The position numbers and the translations under genes were made by a program. Below the pieces are notes generated by a model. That model had not been told where the DNA came from. It did no database searches and was given only the letters and a program-made list of their open reading frames with translations. A DNA stretch of 64,000 bases from a virus: the IMG/VR virus record IMGVR_UViG_3300027708_000024; one strand, given 5' to 3'. Below, piece by piece: positions 17,520-27,271 of the stretch (its first letter is position 1; each line of letters opens with the position of its first letter).

Positions 17520-17813
17520 ATGAAGTTGCTTATTTTGACACAAGTTTACGAGAATTATGGCGATGCCACGAATCCACACTGGAAAGCAAAAGGTGGTGAT
17601 GATTACATTGTGCGTAATGTCAAAAATGATTCTGATGCCACAACAACCGTAATGGCAGTGCGTGACCAGATAGAAGCAAATACCGATTACTTGCGTGAAA
17701 CAATTGTTGGTTGGAAGTTAGTTGCCGACGATTATTTGACAGAATTTGAGCGTTCCCAGTTAGAGTATGATGGTGCAATTGTGTATCCATCAAAAGAAAT
17801 TATTTGGAAATAA
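17520..17813 (+). CDS. Conserved T4-like phage hypothetical protein
   Basis: TQVYENYG....HWKAKGG..Y...TEFERSQLEYDG. Confidence 0.7.
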   Translation: MKLLILTQVYENYGDATNPHWKAKGGDDYIVRNVKNDSDATTTVMAVRDQIEANTDYLRETIVGWKLVADDYLTEFERSQLEYDGAIVYPSKEIIWK

Positions 17814-17823
17814 GGAAAATATT

Positions 17824-18096
17824 ATGAGAAAAAAATCTTTTGTTGTGAATGTCGGCGATATTATCCGTTCTTATGATTTTAAACCAATGGTTGGTCGTGA
17901 GGATTGTTTCGTTGAAGGTATGGTTATCGAGCAAGATCAAAAAGAAGTTTATTTTGATTGTTGGAAAATCCGTGTTACCAAAGATTCTTGGAGTGATGCA
18001 ACCGACAAAGGTCGCTTTGGTCAGATAGTTTTTGTTCCAAAACAAGTTTCCTACAATGAGTATCCTGGTCGTGTTATGAATTTATCGAGGGTTTAA
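17824..18096 (+). CDS. Conserved phage hypothetical protein
   Basis: AAGGA SD; VGDIIRSYDF....GREDCFVEG. Confidence 0.65.
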   Translation: MRKKSFVVNVGDIIRSYDFKPMVGREDCFVEGMVIEQDQKEVYFDCWKIRVTKDSWSDATDKGRFGQIVFVPKQVSYNEYPGRVMNLSRV

Positions 18097-18098
18097 TT

Positions 18099-18314
18099 AT
18101 GAATGAATATATTGTTGCAGATTACGGCTCTGTCCGTACCATCAAAGAAGGACATGATATTATTGTCCAAAAACGTGAGAATGATGCATGGGTGCGAGTT
18201 GCCAGTTATCATGAAATATCCGATGACTATGCATTCACCAATGCCAGAAACCGAGCATTGGCAGTTAAGGAAGAGATGTCCAACTTTTCATTGTATCCTG
18301 TGGAGATAGATTAA
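18099..18314 (+). CDS. Hypothetical protein
   Basis: GAGG SD, ORF track. Confidence 0.55.
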   Translation: MNEYIVADYGSVRTIKEGHDIIVQKRENDAWVRVASYHEISDDYAFTNARNRALAVKEEMSNFSLYPVEID

Positions 18315-18868
18315 AATGGAAAAAGTGTTTATTGTGGTAGAAAGCCGACACTACGAGGGATGTACTGTAATGCGAGTATTTGCCAAGTATGATGATGCCA
18401 TTGCCTATGCGAATGAATTGGAGGCAAATATGACTGCACCAGGGTTATATTCGTATGACGTACTTGAGCGAGAGGTGTACTAATGCAATTTCTAATCGGT
18501 GTGATTTTTGGTATCGTTGTATCTGTGGTTGGATTTAGCGGTGTGGCGAAAATATTAGACAAAGTGGTAGTGCCAATCAAAGAAACGGCAATCAAGGCAT
18601 CTCAGGAGAATTGATATGGGTAAAGTAAAAGAATTTCTGTATGTAAAACCAGAGGATGCATTTGTGTTAGAATATGCAACCGAGTTATTGCAAACCACAT
18701 TACCGTTCCTAACCAAACGTGCTGGTGAGAATCCAGAACCCGACTTGGTAAAATTAATTAATGCCATTGAAAATTTTATTAAATCAGCATAAGTTTGCCA
18801 TATTGCCTATTGACACCAACCTGTTTTGGTGTTAATATATGTATGTCCTTTGTTATGGAGAATTGAAA

Positions 18869-19186
18869 ATGAAGTTTAAATTGTTGTCTATTGCACTAGT
18901 CCTTGCTGTTACTGGTTGTTCCTCTACAAAACCACCAGAAATTAAACCAGAAGCAAAAGCAGAACCTGATAAGAGTTTTCCTAAACTTGCCGATCAGAAA
19001 GACCTGCCTAAGTTGAGTGGTTACGAAGGTCCTATTGCAATGAGTCGTATTGAGGTTATTCAAGGTCAAAAAGAATGCATGTATGCAAAACTCAAACCAA
19101 ATGTTGAGTATGTCATTCAGAAAACTCAAAGTGGTAAAGTACTAGTACCAATCAATATTCATTGTGATCCTGTGATGGAGAAATAA
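18869..19186 (+). CDS. Lipoprotein
   Basis: GGAG SD; MKFKLLSIALVLAVTG-C lipobox. Confidence 0.7.
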   Translation: MKFKLLSIALVLAVTGCSSTKPPEIKPEAKAEPDKSFPKLADQKDLPKLSGYEGPIAMSRIEVIQGQKECMYAKLKPNVEYVIQKTQSGKVLVPINIHCDPVMEK

Positions 19187-19429
19187 TTGAACGCATCATA
19201 CCATCGTAAAATTGTATCGGATGAATTCCGTGAGACGCTTATATTCTGTGGTCTAGTAGATAACTATCATTGCAAGACCAAAGAAAAAGACAAGAAAGGT
19301 GTTACTCGGTATTCGTTTGATACTAAACTTGGCAATATCTATGTGTATTCCCCTAAGGCAATCTATATACACGACAAGAAATTGAATTCGTTACATGCTG
19401 CCAGACAATACTTGGTTAATTACCTATAA
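19187..19429 (+). CDS. Hypothetical protein
   Basis: TTG start after GGAG; ORF track. Confidence 0.55.
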   Translation: MNASYHRKIVSDEFRETLIFCGLVDNYHCKTKEKDKKGVTRYSFDTKLGNIYVYSPKAIYIHDKKLNSLHAARQYLVNYL

Positions 19430-19443
19430 CATAGGAGTGAATT

Positions 19444-19767
19444 ATGATTAATACCTACAGAGGATTACTTACATTGATTGTTGACCACAATCGCCAATTT
19501 GAAATGGACCTGATGGCACACATTAGGAAAAATTGCGTTGATCTTACAATTAGTGATATGGGTTTTCTTGAGTTTTGGAACTTCCTATTAGAGATAGTGA
19601 TGGTTCTTTTTGCAAAGTTTATATTTGTCTCTGGTATAATTCTAATTACATTCTTAATTATTTTATTCTTTCCTTTCTATTCTTTAAGTAGAGGAATATC
19701 ATTTGTTGTGCGAGAAGAAAAACACATCAACCAACCATCAAAAGAAACCAAGCAATCTAAGAATTAA
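19444..19767 (+). CDS. Membrane protein
   Basis: AGGAG SD; long hydrophobic stretch. Confidence 0.6.
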   Translation: MINTYRGLLTLIVDHNRQFEMDLMAHIRKNCVDLTISDMGFLEFWNFLLEIVMVLFAKFIFVSGIILITFLIILFFPFYSLSRGISFVVREEKHINQPSKETKQSKN

Positions 19768-19769
19768 AA

Positions 19770-20453
19770 ATGATTATATACAAATCAAATTACCGTAGTC
19801 ATTGGCTTTCTCCATATACAATACTGGAGAAAGCTTTCTTTTGGCGTGAGATTGAATATGATGAACCCATCATTAAAAACCTTGTCAAGGTACTTAATCC
19901 ATTTTCTGTAGCATGGATGAAGTTTTTGGATGTTGTGCATCCACAAATTAATTACATAAAAATTCATCGGTACGATACTTGGAACATGGATAGCACATTG
20001 GCAGATATTATTCTACCGATGTTAAAACAACTGAAGGAAACAAAACACGGTTCGCCTTATGTTGAGGATGAAGATGTGCCAGAAGAACTGCAAGTTACTC
20101 GCTATGTGGAATGGTCAGAGCAATTACGATTTACATTCGAAGATGACGAGAAGTATATAAACGATTCGTGGAATTTAACAGAACGCCGTTGGGATTATAT
20201 TCTTAATGAAATGATTTTTGCCTTTGAACACCATGTTGATGACACATGGGAAGAGGCATATAGTTCTGGTAAAATTGACATTAAACATGTGCCGTGTGAA
20301 TGGGATGAAAATGGTAAACCTAAACTCTATGCAACCGAACATGGTCCTGATCATACCTATCAATGTGACCACGAAGGTTTGCGTGAGGTACATGCCCGTA
20401 TGACAAATGGATTCCGTTTGTTTGGTAAATACTATCAAGGCCTGTGGGATTGA
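19770..20453 (+). CDS. Conserved T4-like phage hypothetical protein
   Basis: DTWNMDSTLA.II.PMLKQLK..KHG.P; W..IL.EMIFAF; GFRLFGKYYQGLWD. Confidence 0.75.
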   Translation: MIIYKSNYRSHWLSPYTILEKAFFWREIEYDEPIIKNLVKVLNPFSVAWMKFLDVVHPQINYIKIHRYDTWNMDSTLADIILPMLKQLKETKHGSPYVEDEDVPEELQVTRYVEWSEQLRFTFEDDEKYINDSWNLTERRWDYILNEMIFAFEHHVDDTWEEAYSSGKIDIKHVPCEWDENGKPKLYATEHGPDHTYQCDHEGLREVHARMTNGFRLFGKYYQGLWD

Positions 20454-20454
20454 G

Positions 20455-20483
20455 TTGACAAAGCATGATAATTGAGTTACAAT
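20455..20483 (+). promoter_or_regulatory. sigma70-type promoter without the palindrome
   Basis: TTGACA-17 bp-TACAAT. Confidence 0.65.
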
Positions 20484-20508
20484 GATAGAACTTATTGATA
20501 GGAGAACT

Positions 20509-20761
20509 AATGAACAAAGTATTGGCACATTTCAGTCGGTTTAAAACTGAGTATCTTGGTGTTATTCTTGGTGGTATTTTTATTGTCACCATTTATGCAA
20601 CACAAAAACTTGCACCAAAACCGTTATCAATTACTGATGAGTTGAAAACAGGTATACAAAATCATCTAGTTTGGAATATGAAAGGTGAATGCTACTTTGT
20701 TCGACCAACTGTTGATGAACGTATATACATGATTAGAGTTGAAGATTGTGATAAAAAATAA
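20509..20761 (+). CDS. Membrane-anchored hypothetical protein
   Basis: AGGAG SD; one TM segment; start approximate. Confidence 0.55.
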
Positions 20762-20769
20762 GGAATACT

Positions 20770-20955
20770 ATGTCAGATAATAAAACAGTTAATTACAACA
20801 TGAAGAAAGAAACCAAACGTGCGCTTGCTACTATGTTGCCAAGTGATCGTAAATCATTCTTTAAAGAAACAATGATCTCTGCTGAAATTTCAGAAAAGAG
20901 AGCAAAGAACGCACCCCTCAAACGAAACAAAACTGAAGATAAGGATGAATCATAA
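20770..20955 (+). CDS. Hypothetical protein
   Basis: AAGGA SD, ORF track. Confidence 0.6.
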   Translation: MSDNKTVNYNMKKETKRALATMLPSDRKSFFKETMISAEISEKRAKNAPLKRNKTEDKDES

Positions 20956-21242
20956 TGGCCACATTTGTTGAAGTGCAAGACATAGAAAAAAGAATCCCTG
21001 TTATCATTAATATGGATAACGTAATGTATCTTGAACCAATGATTGGTCAACAAACAGGAACATTGATTTGGTTCAATAACGGTAAACTGCAAAAAGTATC
21101 TGACAAATATGATATGTTTAAACAACTTGCAATTCAAACTGTATCGGCAGAAGATATTGCAAGAGTAAATGGCAGAACAGCAAAAGTTGTAAAAGAAAAA
21201 GCACCAGTTGGTGATATATCAATTCCTAAATTTGGAGAATAA
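20955..21242 (+). CDS. Hypothetical protein
   Basis: TAATG coupling. Confidence 0.6.
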   Translation: MATFVEVQDIEKRIPVIINMDNVMYLEPMIGQQTGTLIWFNNGKLQKVSDKYDMFKQLAIQTVSAEDIARVNGRTAKVVKEKAPVGDISIPKFGE

Positions 21243-21243
21243 T

Positions 21244-21645
21244 ATGGCAAACTTTACATTCACATCCTACGAAGAAGATAATACAACTTCATCTTTGAGT
21301 TTTGATGCTGACTTTATGGGTGAAATTTTAGAAAAATTTGAACAGTTTCTAAAAGGTTCTGGTTATCATTTTGAAGGCAATCTTGAATTTGTTACAAATG
21401 ACTATGATGAATTTGATGATGAGTATGACGATGAAGAACCAGTTCATGACTATGCCGCAAAATCTAGTTATGCATATGACAATGTAATGACACCAAATTT
21501 TACTATCAGTGAAGTTAGACCTTTGACTACATCTGATGTTGCGGCACTTCAAGTTTCTGGTGGTACAATTATGCAAGGATATGGCGCTGTACGACCAACA
21601 ATGGCACCATTACAACCATTGACGCCAAATGATATCAATCTCTGA
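21244..21645 (+). CDS. Conserved hypothetical protein
   Basis: GGAG SD; F.AD....ILEKFEQFLKGSGY.F. Confidence 0.65.
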   Translation: MANFTFTSYEEDNTTSSLSFDADFMGEILEKFEQFLKGSGYHFEGNLEFVTNDYDEFDDEYDDEEPVHDYAAKSSYAYDNVMTPNFTISEVRPLTTSDVAALQVSGGTIMQGYGAVRPTMAPLQPLTPNDINL

Positions 21646-21661
21646 TTAATATAATTATATA

Positions 21662-22222
21662 ATGAATATTTTTTATCTTAGTAATGATCCTATTGAATGC
21701 GCTCAATTTCATAATAACCGCCACCTGGTAAAAATGGTTTTAGAATATGCTCAACTACTTTCTACTGCACACCGTATTCTTGACGGTGTTCTTTCTACTG
21801 GCGTCAGTAAATCTGGTCGCAAGAAAACTGTATATGCTCTTGCCGACGACCGTGATTCCGTTCTCTACTCTGCTACTCATGTTAACCATCCATCTGCGGT
21901 ATGGGTAAGACAATCAGATAAAAACTATGATTGGCTATTCAGTTTGTTTCAAGCATTGATGGATGAATACACTTATCGTTATGGTAAAGTTCATGCATGT
22001 TCTAAATTGGAAATGCATCTTGCTAGGATACCAAATAACATTCCGCAAGCACCTTTTACTGAACCAACACCTGCTATGCCACCTGATCTAAAAGTAAAAG
22101 GTGATTCGATTGCATCCTATCGAAACTACTATGTAAACAACAAAGCACATCTTGCAAATTGGAAAAAACGAGATGTTCCTATGTGGTATTCTCAGGGAGA
22201 CCATATTGTTTTACATGGATGA
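21662..22222 (+). CDS. denV: Pyrimidine dimer DNA glycosylase / endonuclease V family
   Basis: MNIFYL..DP..CA..H...H..KM.LE.AQLLSTAH; ATH.NHPSAVW; EY..RYGK.H; PAMP; YRNYY. Confidence 0.8.
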   Translation: MNIFYLSNDPIECAQFHNNRHLVKMVLEYAQLLSTAHRILDGVLSTGVSKSGRKKTVYALADDRDSVLYSATHVNHPSAVWVRQSDKNYDWLFSLFQALMDEYTYRYGKVHACSKLEMHLARIPNNIPQAPFTEPTPAMPPDLKVKGDSIASYRNYYVNNKAHLANWKKRDVPMWYSQGDHIVLHG

Positions 22223-22381
22223 TGAGGACCGTGATAAATATATAAAATTAGTTAAGGAAGAACAACGTAATAGGCTAGTCAAAAAACTAGTCCTATTTAC
22301 GTTGGTTTTTGGTATTTGTATTACATCATATTATGTTATTCCTTTATTTTTCAATAACCAACTTACTTGTACATTTACACG

Positions 22382-22660
22382 ATGATCTATACTTTTAGAA
22401 ATACTGAAACTGATGAAATTACAGATGTCACGATGCGATTATCAGAATATGATGAATATGTGAAAAGCAATCCCCACCTAGAACGATACTTTTTGGTTGA
22501 AAACTTCCCAGGATACGGAGACGCTATGCGTATGTCTGTTCCTGGTGTTGGTCAGCCTGACGGACGATTTGAACGAGAGATTATTGGAAGAATTAAGGAG
22601 AAAGTACCAGGTAACACCGTGAAAGATTTCCATAAAACGAAAGCACCTAGAGAATGGTAA
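22382..22660 (+). CDS. Conserved T4-like protein upstream of phoH (FmdB-like, Cys-less)
   Basis: YTFRNTET.E....M..SEYD.Y...NPHL; synteny with phoH. Confidence 0.65.
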   Translation: MIYTFRNTETDEITDVTMRLSEYDEYVKSNPHLERYFLVENFPGYGDAMRMSVPGVGQPDGRFEREIIGRIKEKVPGNTVKDFHKTKAPREW

Positions 22661-22717
22661 TTCAACCAGTACAGAAAATCCCAGCCTTATTACAACAACA
22701 ACAAAAAGGTGGCAATT

Positions 22718-23422
22718 ATGGCGGCAACAAAGGCAAAGAAGTCTCCGGCGGACGAAGCGGTAAAGCAACACTTCTTTCTGAAGGAAATAGAACCACTAAC
22801 GAAAAACCAACAAAAAACATTTGAGGAGTTTGACAAAGGAAAGCATTTAGTTCTTGCAGGCTCAGCAGGTTCAGGTAAGTCGTTTCTTGCTTTATATTTG
22901 AGTTTGAAAGAGGTATTGTCGAAAGGTTCGTACTATAAGAAGGTTATTATTATCCGATCGGCAGTACCATCAAGAGATTTAGGTTTTGTTCCTGGTACAC
23001 TGGAAGAAAAAGCAAAAATCTACCAAGAACCGTACATGAATATTGTAAATGAATTGATTGGTCGTGGTGATGCATGGCATTTTTTGATGAATAAAGAGAT
23101 TATTGAATTTCAGACTACCAGTTTTCTACGTGGCTTGACATTTAGAGATTGTATCATTATATTTGATGAGTTTCAGTCGTCAACGTTTCATGAAACAGAC
23201 TCGGTACTGACTAGAATTGGTGATAACTGTAGATTTTTGTTGTGTGGGGATTCTGCACAAAATGATTTGAATATGAAGAAGGAAAGAAGTGGATTTGCTG
23301 ATGCGGTGTCTATTTTGGAAAAAATGAAGGAAGTGAGTATTGTGAATTTCACTATTGATGATGTGGTCAGATCAGGGTTTGTTAAAGATTATTTGATTGC
23401 AAAGCAAAAACAAGGATTATAA
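22718..23422 (+). CDS. phoH: PhoH-like ATPase
   Basis: GSAGSGKS, RSAVPSRDLGFVPG, FLRGLTF, DEFQ, GDSAQND, DVVRSG. Confidence 0.95.
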   Translation: MAATKAKKSPADEAVKQHFFLKEIEPLTKNQQKTFEEFDKGKHLVLAGSAGSGKSFLALYLSLKEVLSKGSYYKKVIIIRSAVPSRDLGFVPGTLEEKAKIYQEPYMNIVNELIGRGDAWHFLMNKEIIEFQTTSFLRGLTFRDCIIIFDEFQSSTFHETDSVLTRIGDNCRFLLCGDSAQNDLNMKKERSGFADAVSILEKMKEVSIVNFTIDDVVRSGFVKDYLIAKQKQGL

Positions 23423-24600
23423 ACTGAAAGTTATTAATATGATTAAAGAAGCTAAATTATTTGAACAACAAGGTTATGTGCATCTTAAAGGTTTTTTGAA
23501 TGTAAATAATTGTCAAGAACTAGTAGATGAGCTCTTCAGATATGTAGAGCAGAAAAAAACAGTGAAAGATCCACAATGTCCTGCATCTGAGGCAATTCAT
23601 GGTGCTGCTGTTTTTGACTCACTATTAGAACAATTATTACCAAATTTTGAACTGGCATCTGGTAAAGAACTTCTACCCACTTATAGTTATGCTAGATTAT
23701 ACGCTCCTGGTGATGAACTTCACAATCATACAGACCGAGAGTCTTGTGAGATAAGTGCTACTATTACTTTAGGTTTCGAAGGCGATAGTTGGCCTATTTA
23801 CATGGATGATGATATAAACAAGTCTAATCCATCTAAAATTAAGATGAACGTTGGTGATGCTGTTTTATATAAAGGCATGGATAAACACCATTGGCGTGAA
23901 AAGTACACTGAAGGTAAATGGCATGCACAGGTATTCCTTCATTATGTGGATGCGAATGGACCATATAAAGATCATATCTACGATAAACGAGGTAAATTAA
24001 ATTTAGTGCAACAAGATTCAGTAAAACAAGAATCTCAACAAAAAATCAATTTTATTCAGCACTGGTATTATACTGACGTTATTACTTCAGATGAGTGTGA
24101 TACTATTATTTCTACATATACTAAAGATTTTATAAAGACGGAACCTCCTGAGCTTGCAGATGGGGCAATAAATACTAATATTCGTAATGTTGAACGTGTT
24201 ATGTTACCCCCATACAAAGACCTTGGTGGTAAGTTAGCAGCTGCAGGTTTCAATGCAAATAACCAAGCTTGGAAGTTTAACATAACTCATGCTAATCAGG
24301 CAGAGTTTTTAAAGTATCCTGCTAATGGAAGATACACAGCACACATGGACACAATGTTAAACCCTAATGATACAGAATGCCGAAAACTAACTATTTTAGC
24401 TTTTTTAAATGATGATTTTGAAGGAGGAAAGTTCTTTATTCAAGATGGTCACGAAAAATGCTACCCGCCGCAAAGCAAAGGCACCGTATTAGTTTTTCCT
24501 TCTTTCTTGGTACATGGTGTGGAAGATATTATATCTGGTGTCCGATATTCAGCTGTTTGTTGGTTAGTTGGTCCGTTCTTTAAATAAAAACAAGGATTAT
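23406..24600 (+). repeat. 15-bp direct repeat bracketing the 2OG oxygenase gene
   Basis: AAAAACAAGGATTAT at 23406-23420 and 24586-24600. Confidence 0.8.
23439..24587 (+). CDS. Tandem two-domain 2OG-Fe(II) oxygenase
   Basis: Domain 1: YSYARLY, HTDRESCE, HWRE, QVFLHYV. Domain 2: HMD, RKLT, FEGG, FPSF..HGV, RYSAV.W. Confidence 0.9.
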   Translation: MIKEAKLFEQQGYVHLKGFLNVNNCQELVDELFRYVEQKKTVKDPQCPASEAIHGAAVFDSLLEQLLPNFELASGKELLPTYSYARLYAPGDELHNHTDRESCEISATITLGFEGDSWPIYMDDDINKSNPSKIKMNVGDAVLYKGMDKHHWREKYTEGKWHAQVFLHYVDANGPYKDHIYDKRGKLNLVQQDSVKQESQQKINFIQHWYYTDVITSDECDTIISTYTKDFIKTEPPELADGAINTNIRNVERVMLPPYKDLGGKLAAAGFNANNQAWKFNITHANQAEFLKYPANGRYTAHMDTMLNPNDTECRKLTILAFLNDDFEGGKFFIQDGHEKCYPPQSKGTVLVFPSFLVHGVEDIISGVRYSAVCWLVGPFFK

Positions 24601-24651
24601 GAATACTCCTAAAGTTACTAAATACTTCATCCATATAGGAGAATAATAAAA

Positions 24652-25533
24652 ATGGCAATTTCAATAGATTCAACAACACTAACCTTTAATGATGCAACGA
24701 CAATGACAACGGCCGCGACACCTACAGGTGGTGTCGTACAATCAGTAACACTCACGGATACAGGCACTTGGACTAGGCCTACTCCACCATCCGGTCAGAT
24801 ATATCAATGGATGAAAGTGCAGCTATGGGGTGGTGGTGGATCTGGAGGTAAAAATACATCAAACTCCGGAGGCGGCGGTGGTGGCGGTGCTTATTTTGAA
24901 GGAACATTTCCATTTGCCTGGTTAGGCGCCACTGAAAGCTATGCGTGTGGTGCCGGAGGTGCAGCTGTTAGTGCAAGCGCTGCCGGAAATGCTGGAGGAA
25001 ATACGTATTTTAATTTTACATATTATCCACCAGCAGTTCTGACACTATATGCCTACGGTGGTGCAGGCGGTGGTGGTGGCACTGGTCAAGCTCAAGGCGG
25101 TGGAGGTGGCGGTGGTGAGTTTGCAGCAGGATCAGCAGCAAGTGGTACATCTGGTGGATCTGGTGGTAAGGTATCGGGTGGCGCTGGTGGTCTTAGCGGC
25201 GGCACTTCAACGGCAGGTTCACCTGGTGGCACCACGATCTACGGAGGAGGTGGAGGAGGTGGAGGAGGTGCACCCGGTGCAGTAGGAACAGGAGCAGGAG
25301 GATACTCACTCTGGGGAGGTGGAGGAGGAGGTGGTGGCAACAGTTCAGCAGGAACATATAGTATGAACAATGGCGGCCAATCAAAATTTGGTGGTGATGG
25401 TGGGTACGGCGTAGGTAATGGTTCAATTAGTGCCCAAGATGGAGGTTCTCCAGGTGGTGGAGGAGGTGGTCTCAGAGGAGGTCCTACGTCAGGCGCAGGT
25501 GGTTCAGGTGCAATAATTTTAACTTGGTGGTAA
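24652..25533 (+). CDS. Glycine-rich virion fibre/adhesin-like protein
   Basis: AGGAG SD; late-promoter-like ACTAAATA 24617-24624; WGGGGSGG, GGGGGG runs, GAGGSGAII end. Confidence 0.75.
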   Translation: MAISIDSTTLTFNDATTMTTAATPTGGVVQSVTLTDTGTWTRPTPPSGQIYQWMKVQLWGGGGSGGKNTSNSGGGGGGGAYFEGTFPFAWLGATESYACGAGGAAVSASAAGNAGGNTYFNFTYYPPAVLTLYAYGGAGGGGGTGQAQGGGGGGGEFAAGSAASGTSGGSGGKVSGGAGGLSGGTSTAGSPGGTTIYGGGGGGGGGAPGAVGTGAGGYSLWGGGGGGGGNSSAGTYSMNNGGQSKFGGDGGYGVGNGSISAQDGGSPGGGGGGLRGGPTSGAGGSGAIILTWW

Positions 25534-25535
25534 TT

Positions 25536-25757
25536 ATGGAAAATAAAAGATACGCTGTAATAAACAATTATACAAATATTTGTGAAAATATTGTCGTGTG
25601 GAATGGTCAAAATAATTGGCAACCACCAACAAATACTCATGTTATTTGTATAGAAGATTTAGAAGTTGGTATTGGTTTTAAATATGAGAATGATACATGG
25701 ACGGATGTTCGTTTCGAATCTGAAAATACATCTAACACATCTAATACATCTACATAA
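25536..25757 (+). CDS. Small fibre-associated protein
   Basis: RYAVI....CENIVVW.G...W.PP...IG..Y pattern, typically found after Gly-rich fibres. Confidence 0.6.
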   Translation: MENKRYAVINNYTNICENIVVWNGQNNWQPPTNTHVICIEDLEVGIGFKYENDTWTDVRFESENTSNTSNTST

Positions 25758-25774
25758 CAGATCAACTCATTATT

Positions 25775-26428
25775 ATGTTTACATATTGCACACCAAAAGA
25801 ACTTCAAGACTTACAATCTCAAACCTTTCCTGATGGAAAAAGATACTACAAGTTACCAGATGGCACTAAACTGCCATCGGTAACTACAGTCATTGGTGCT
25901 CAGAAAAAAGCAGCCATCATGGCATGGAGAAAGCGTGTAGGTGAAGAAGAAGCAAACAGAGTCTCTAAAAAAGCAACATCACGTGGTACTAATGTTCATA
26001 CTTTATGTGAGCGTTATCTCAACAACGATAAACTCGGTGATATCATGCCAGATGCTAAAGAGATGTTTATTGATCTAGTACCATTGTTAGATAGAATAGA
26101 CAACATACATTATCAAGAACAGGCGTTATGGTCTGTACAGTTAGGTCTAGCGGGTCGTGTTGATTGTATTGCAGAGTTTGATGGTGTGCTTTCTGTGATT
26201 GACTTTAAGACTTCAAAGAGAATCAAACAACGTGACGATATTCTAGATTATTTTTGGCAAGAAACTGCCTATGCGTTGATGTATGAAGAACTAGTTGGTC
26301 AACCAATAAATAATTTAGTTACGATTATGGCAGTCGAAGGTGCATCACCTGCTTTGTTTATTGAGAAAACTGAAGATCATATTGATGGTCTTGTGAATGC
26401 AATCAAATATTATAAGGAACAACAATGA
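25775..26428 (+). CDS. Cas4-like PD-(D/E)xK exonuclease
   Basis: RYY, PSVTTV, WRKRVGEEEAN, RGT.VH, AGRVDCIAE, IDFKTS, Q..AYA. Confidence 0.9.
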   Translation: MFTYCTPKELQDLQSQTFPDGKRYYKLPDGTKLPSVTTVIGAQKKAAIMAWRKRVGEEEANRVSKKATSRGTNVHTLCERYLNNDKLGDIMPDAKEMFIDLVPLLDRIDNIHYQEQALWSVQLGLAGRVDCIAEFDGVLSVIDFKTSKRIKQRDDILDYFWQETAYALMYEELVGQPINNLVTIMAVEGASPALFIEKTEDHIDGLVNAIKYYKEQQ

Positions 26429-27240
26429 AAAAATTATTAATTGGTTTGTTATTTGTATCATCATTTGCACACGCATGGACACAACGACCACCACAAAATC
26501 CACAAACATGTAAAGTACATGCACAATATGGATTTCCACAAACTACTGGTATACAACCAATCTGCCGTCAAGCATATCTTGTAGGTTATGATGCTGCTGC
26601 AAAACTACCAAAGTATGTAACATATCAATTGTTACCACAGAATGCAATTGGTTGTGTTGCACGTACCAATGCATTTGCTGCTGACCAATCTGTACCCAAT
26701 GGTGCAAAACCAGATGACTATGCAGGTACAGGTTACGATAAAGGACATATGGCACCTGATGGTGATTTGTCATGGGATACACAAGTAGAATTTGAATCGT
26801 TTCTAATGACTAACATGAGTCCACAAGCAGGATCATTGAATCGTGGTATTTGGAAACTATTAGAAACATCTGTACGTGGTTGGGCAGTACAATTGAATCA
26901 ACCATACACTGTTTACGTTGGTAGTTTATACAATGCACAAGATAAGAAAATTGGTAATGGTGTTGTTGTACCACACTCATTTTATAAGATTGTGATAAAT
27001 AATACTACAGGACAGGCAGCAGGTTGGATGTTTCCACATATTGCACCATACCCAAATCTAGGTAATGATTTGAATGCATTTCGTGCACCGATCATGACTA
27101 TTGAAAGTGCAGCAGGTGTTAAGTTTAGTTATCCAGCAAAAGTACAAGAACTACCAAAAGGTCAAATGTGGCCAGTAGATTTTGGTGCATTGACTAATGC
27201 CAAACGTGCCAAATGTGGTGCAAACGCAAAAGACGATTGA
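26425..27240 (+). CDS. Secreted DNA/RNA non-specific endonuclease (NucA/NUC1 family)
   Basis: Signal peptide MKKLLIGLLFVSSFAHA; GYDKGHMAP, SFLMTNMSPQ, LNRGIWKLLE, VP..FYKI. Confidence 0.9.
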   Translation: MKKLLIGLLFVSSFAHAWTQRPPQNPQTCKVHAQYGFPQTTGIQPICRQAYLVGYDAAAKLPKYVTYQLLPQNAIGCVARTNAFAADQSVPNGAKPDDYAGTGYDKGHMAPDGDLSWDTQVEFESFLMTNMSPQAGSLNRGIWKLLETSVRGWAVQLNQPYTVYVGSLYNAQDKKIGNGVVVPHSFYKIVINNTTGQAAGWMFPHIAPYPNLGNDLNAFRAPIMTIESAAGVKFSYPAKVQELPKGQMWPVDFGALTNAKRAKCGANAKDD

Positions 27241-27265
27241 CAGATAACAGTTGATGGTGTATACT
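27237..27265 (+). promoter_or_regulatory. Promoter of the tmRNA precursor
   Basis: TTGACA-17 bp-TATACT. Confidence 0.8.
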
Positions 27266-27271
27266 CACTAT

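Noticed and set aside
25049-25640. Proline/histidine-rich overlapping ORFs (also 28407-28946)
   Set aside because: They are shadow frames of GGN-rich glycine codons.
25775-26428. Cas4-like nuclease as a sign of CRISPR
   Set aside because: No repeat-spacer array or other cas genes are seen; it is a standard stand-alone T4-like phage exonuclease.
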